From a virus (taxonomy: Duplodnaviria > Caudoviricetes), in the IMG/VR virus record IMGVR_UViG_3300037484_000772, positions 1 to 49,824 of that record: DNA of 49,824 nucleotides. The stretch is one strand, 5' to 3'. Positions 49,317 to 49,824 of this stretch are shown here, in pieces. The notes under the pieces are model-generated. The model was given only the letters and a program-made list of their open reading frames with translations. It was not told where the DNA came from and searched no databases. The first letter of the stretch is position 1; each line of letters opens with the position of its first letter. The position numbers and the translations under genes are program-made.

Positions 49317-49634
49317 CTATCTCACCGCTTCCTTATCCCGCAGCGCGTGATCCAGTTGATCCGCTACTGTCCGCAAAAACACTGGGAGCGCCGCCGCCAT
49401 CACCTGATCGGCGTGTCCCGGCACGTACCGATCCAGCCAGACAATCATCGGATCGCGTGGATCGTTGACGGCTTCAATCGCCGCCGGAACCTGCCCGCGC
49501 GCCCGGTCCCACGCCTCCCGGCTCCACCCGGCGGCATATTTGGCCGCGAATGCCAGAGCTGCGCCGCTGGTCGAAACGCCGAACACGACGGCCAGCGCCG
49601 TCCAGAAAACTTCGCTGTTGATTACGCTGTCCAT
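49317..49634 (-). CDS. Small membrane protein (holin-like position)
   Basis: N-terminal transmembrane segment; directly upstream of the candidate lysin. Confidence 0.45.
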   Translation of the reverse strand: MDSVINSEVFWTALAVVFGVSTSGAALAFAAKYAAGWSREAWDRARGQVPAAIEAVNDPRDPMIVWLDRYVPGHADQVMAAALPVFLRTVADQLDHALRDKEAVR

Positions 49635-49824
49635 TTAGCTCTTTCCTTCCTCTGATACTTCGCTTTGCGTCTCAATCTCCGGCGCGGCGTCCTGATGTTC
49701 GCCGGGCTGTTCCAGGTCGCGGCTGATCAACCGCTTCGTGTCTACGCCAATCTCCTTGATCAGCAGCAGCGCCATGCTGAACTGATGACGCAGCGTGTTT
49801 TCGTCGGTATTGATCGTCACCTGC
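49635..49824 (-). CDS. Probably 5'-truncated CDS at the window edge
   Basis: Frame is open to the edge; stop abuts the next ATG. Confidence 0.45.
   Translation of the reverse strand, partial: QVTINTDENTLRHQFSMALLLIKEIGVDTKRLISRDLEQPGEHQDAAPEIETQSEVSEEGKS

Noticed and set aside
49635-49824. Window as a complete circular genome with joined ends
   Set aside because: No terminal repeat was seen, and the truncated ORFs at the two edges do not obviously join, so a segment is probably missing.

Overview
The window is almost entirely a GC-rich temperate siphovirus, apparently in excised or circularly permuted form: an intact attP-like 3' half of tRNA-Pro(UGG) lies beside the integrase, with phage genes on both sides. 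Bases 1-23,830 (minus strand) hold the late module: tail proteins, tape measure, a tail chaperone with a -1 frameshift, a ChaB-protease-scaffold-HK97 capsid ORF, a portal-MuF-2H-phosphoesterase fusion, terminases, a ParB-MTase and a GT87-like membrane protein. Bases 24.2-35.7 kb (minus) hold ClpP-like, PolX-ASCH, ParA/ParB-like, prim-pol, DEDDh exonuclease, MTase and an iteron-containing initiator with two DnaA-N domains. Next come the integrase/attP, an HsdR-N nuclease, a ribbon-helix-helix (RHH) repressor with divergent promoters, a plus-strand early/accessory operon and probable lysis genes. A Chloroflexota-like host is inference only. The two strongest leads are (1) a 23-bp palindrome, AAATACGACA-N3-TGTCGTATTT, dispersed in four copies, one of them just after the HTH of a DUF3102 gene, with a different palindrome at the same position in the parB-like gene, and (2) an Acb1-like 2H phosphoesterase fused to the portal-MuF protein. 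All domain calls come from motif recognition by eye; no searches were run.
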